Virus record (IMG/VR): IMGVR_UViG_3300045988_129036
Span: 1 to 36,189 of that record
Strand: one strand, 5' to 3'
DNA length: 36,189 bases
From: a virus
Shown here: piece after piece, positions 34,497 to 36,189 of the stretch
How the letters are laid out: each line of letters opens with the position of its first letter
Position numbering within the stretch: the first letter of the stretch is position 1
The notes under the pieces: generated by a model
Told to the model about the DNA's origin: nothing
Database searches by the model: none
The model's input: the letters and a program-made list of their open reading frames with translations, nothing else
Made by a program: the position numbers and the translations under genes

Positions 34497-34885
34497 TAGT
34501 ACGCCCCCCGTCCTAGCGCCTTTTCGAGCGTGTCGAGGTCTTCGAGCAGGCCGGGCAGCTTGTAACCCTTATTGAGCTGATATCCCAAATCAAGCAATTT
34601 CACGATTACGGTTATTTGCAGGCCGTGGGGGTTGTGCTGTGTTTTGCGGATGAATCGGGCGGCGGCTTCGAGCGCGCCGGGCGTAGCGGCGGGCGCACCC
34701 TCAAGGTGCAACTCTAGGCACCGGCGGGCTTTGCGGATATCCTCCGCGCCGCCCTTTTTCTTGCATCGCCAAACGTATTTTATGGCCGCTCCGAGGAAAT
34801 AGGGCGCTTCCATGATGAGCGGTTCGAGGGCTAACCCCTGAATCTTGCCATAGTGCGCCGGGTTGATCGGGTCGTTCACGGGCAT
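34496..34885 (-). CDS. DUF3310-like phage protein.
   Basis: NPAHYGKIQGLALEPLIMEA...FLGAAIKYVWRCKKKGGAEDIRKARRCLELHL matches the DUF3310 signature recalled from phage genomes. Confidence 0.5.
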   Translation of the reverse strand: MPVNDPINPAHYGKIQGLALEPLIMEAPYFLGAAIKYVWRCKKKGGAEDIRKARRCLELHLEGAPAATPGALEAAARFIRKTQHNPHGLQITVIVKLLDLGYQLNKGYKLPGLLEDLDTLEKALGRGAY

Positions 34886-35421
34886 TAGCGGGCTTCCTTT
34901 TCGAGTTCAAGAATGAGGGTACGGGCGTTTAGCGCCTTGAGCTGGATATAGGGCGGCTGGGTGGTATCGGTGAGAATTGCGGTGAGCCGGTCAATAGTTT
35001 CCGTGTACGGGCTTTCATGCTTGACCGGCGCAGGCTTTGCCTTAGCCGTCTTAGCGGGCTTTACCGGGGCGGGTGCCAGGTACGCGGCGGTGAGCATCTT
35101 TACGGTGCTATCTACCGCCTTACGCGCCTTGATACGCCCCGGCGCACGGGATGCCTTGAGAAATTCCAGCGCCTCCGCATAGGTGAAATGCCAGGCCGCG
35201 CTAGTAATCTTGATGCCCGCGCTACCTACGGCGTTAGGCGGGTAGTTAAACTTCTCGCCGGTGCCCGGATGATTCGCGAGGTACGAGTTTAGGGCTGCAC
35301 CGGGTGCCTTGATGCCCGCCGCTTGGAGCAGGGCAAACGCGCGAATCCAGATTATGCCGTCATCTTCGACGTAGAAGGTCACGGGCTTGTTGTTGATGGT
35401 TTCGTGGTGAAGACGGGGCAT
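34885..35421 (-). CDS. Bro-N-like / antirepressor-like DNA-binding protein.
   Basis: PVTFYVEDDGIIWIRAFALLQAAGIK..ALNSYLANHP resembles the Bro-N core. ATG at complement 35421. Confidence 0.4.
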   Translation of the reverse strand: MPRLHHETINNKPVTFYVEDDGIIWIRAFALLQAAGIKAPGAALNSYLANHPGTGEKFNYPPNAVGSAGIKITSAAWHFTYAEALEFLKASRAPGRIKARKAVDSTVKMLTAAYLAPAPVKPAKTAKAKPAPVKHESPYTETIDRLTAILTDTTQPPYIQLKALNARTLILELEKEAR

Positions 35422-35423
35422 GA

Positions 35424-35846
35424 TTAGCGCTTCCTTTCGTTGTAGATTTGGGTGAGGTGGATGTGCACGCCTGGGTTTTCGCCGTATTCCTTGACGGCTT
35501 CTAGCTTGTTGCATCGCGCGTCATCTTCGATAATGCCGCCGCTGGTCAAGGAGTCCATGACCGCGCGGGTGAGCTTGTCGATATCGGGTTTTACGGCGTG
35601 TATCGGGTCTAGCGTGCCTTGGTAGAGCGCGCCGCTCTTAGGCTCCGTGAATACGAATCGTAGTGATGCTTGGAACGCTCCGACGATTAGCGGCGCTCCG
35701 ACCGCCTGGCTGGTCTTGAGGTGGTGTTTTCGCATGGTCTCGCGCCACGGCTTAGTTCGTGGATTATCCTCAATGACGCGCTTTCCGTAAGTGCGTTTAG
35801 AGCCTTGTGGGGCGGGTACGCCGGGTATGAAGGTTTTGTAGTGCAT
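35424..35846 (-). CDS. rusA: RusA-family Holliday junction resolvase.
   Basis: KPDIDKLTRAVMDSLTSGGIIEDDARC matches the RusA catalytic DxDN..K...D...DD motif region. 140 aa. Confidence 0.7.
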   Translation of the reverse strand: MHYKTFIPGVPAPQGSKRTYGKRVIEDNPRTKPWRETMRKHHLKTSQAVGAPLIVGAFQASLRFVFTEPKSGALYQGTLDPIHAVKPDIDKLTRAVMDSLTSGGIIEDDARCNKLEAVKEYGENPGVHIHLTQIYNERKR

Positions 35847-35865
35847 CGGCTGGTTTTCCTTTCGA

Positions 35866-35905
35866 CATTTACACTATAAACCTAGATGCAAGGTGGGCAC
35901 AAGGT
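35866..35905 (-). promoter_or_regulatory. Fifth, inverted copy of the early promoter: CTTGTGC-16-AGGTTTATAGTGTAAATG. Drives the leftward RusA operon.
   Basis: The reverse complement aligns position-for-position with copies 1-4 but lacks the GTAAGG leader hairpin. Confidence 0.65.
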
Positions 35906-36029
35906 TAAACACTGTGAGTATAGTCACTCTTACAGAGTGAAGGGGCGCATCTCATATATGCTATAATTGACAGTATCGAGAGATAACTAAGCGGTTTTGT
36001 CCTCTTTTGTGAAGCTTTCGGGTTGGGTT

Positions 36030-36069
36030 AAATATCCCTCTAATCTACGGATTGGGGGGATATTTTTTT
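36030..36069 (+). terminator. Intrinsic terminator AAATATCCC-loop-GGGATATTT followed by TTTT, near the right terminus.
   Basis: 9-bp stem plus a U tract on the + strand. Nothing annotated upstream except a TGCTATAAT motif at 35959. Confidence 0.5.
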
Positions 36070-36123
36070 ACCCAAAAACACCCGCTACCCCCCCCTGTTT
36101 TAATACCCCTACCAAAATGTGCC

Positions 36124-36189
36124 TAGGTACATTTTGCAGGGGGGGGTAGGTACATTTTGCAGGGGGGGGTAGGTACATTTTGCAGGGGG
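36124..36189. repeat. Right-terminal tandem repeat, 23-bp unit x 2.9. The last 55 bp are identical to window positions 1-55.
   Basis: Direct reading. Confidence 0.9.

Noticed and set aside
35956-35975. TTGACA (35967-35972) adjacent to TATAAT as a consensus sigma70 promoter.
   Set aside because: The hexamers are in the wrong order and spacing on either strand. Only the TGCTATAAT extended -10 reading is viable, and it is reported as a low-confidence finding.

Overview
The window reads as a complete or near-complete dsDNA tailed-phage genome of roughly 36.1 kb. It has siphovirus-like, HK97-type morphogenesis genes and a high-GC, Gram-positive (actinobacterial-type) codon usage and RBS style. 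It starts and ends inside the same 23-bp G8-containing tandem repeat, so it is either terminally redundant or a circular assembly cut within the repeat array.

Layout on the + strand:
- 1-12 kb: a densely packed early region. It carries an HTH replication-initiator-like gene next to the repeat/AT-rich island, a YqaJ-like exonuclease, RecT, SSB, and many small ORFs (membrane, zinc-ribbon, acidic).
- Embedded in that region are four near-identical strong promoter cassettes. Each has A/T-rich upstream sequence, TTGCTT-18-TATACT, a conserved GTAAGG...CCTTAC 5' leader hairpin, a GAAAGGA SD, one small (mostly very acidic) gene, and a GC-rich hairpin.
- 12-34 kb: HNH endonuclease, TerS/TerL, portal, prohead protease, major capsid, head-tail genes, and major tail protein with a strong terminator. 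Then the G/T tail chaperones (lambda-type GGGAAAG slippery heptamer), a 1496-aa tape measure with about nine tandem aromatic repeats and a C-terminal SLT lytic-transglycosylase domain, Dit/Tal-like proteins, a pectate-lyase-fold tailspike, a low-GC glycosidase-like gene, a membrane-anchored coiled-coil protein, an amidase_2 endolysin and a 2-TM holin.
- 34.2-35.9 kb: a leftward (- strand) operon driven by a fifth, inverted copy of the same promoter. It encodes RusA, a Bro-N-like protein, a DUF3310-like protein and a small ORF, converging on a canonical bidirectional-position terminator.

No integrase, repressor, DNA polymerase, primase or helicase is visible. Product calls rest on motif recognition by eye, with no database search. 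Coordinates of non-ORF elements may be off by 1-2 nt.
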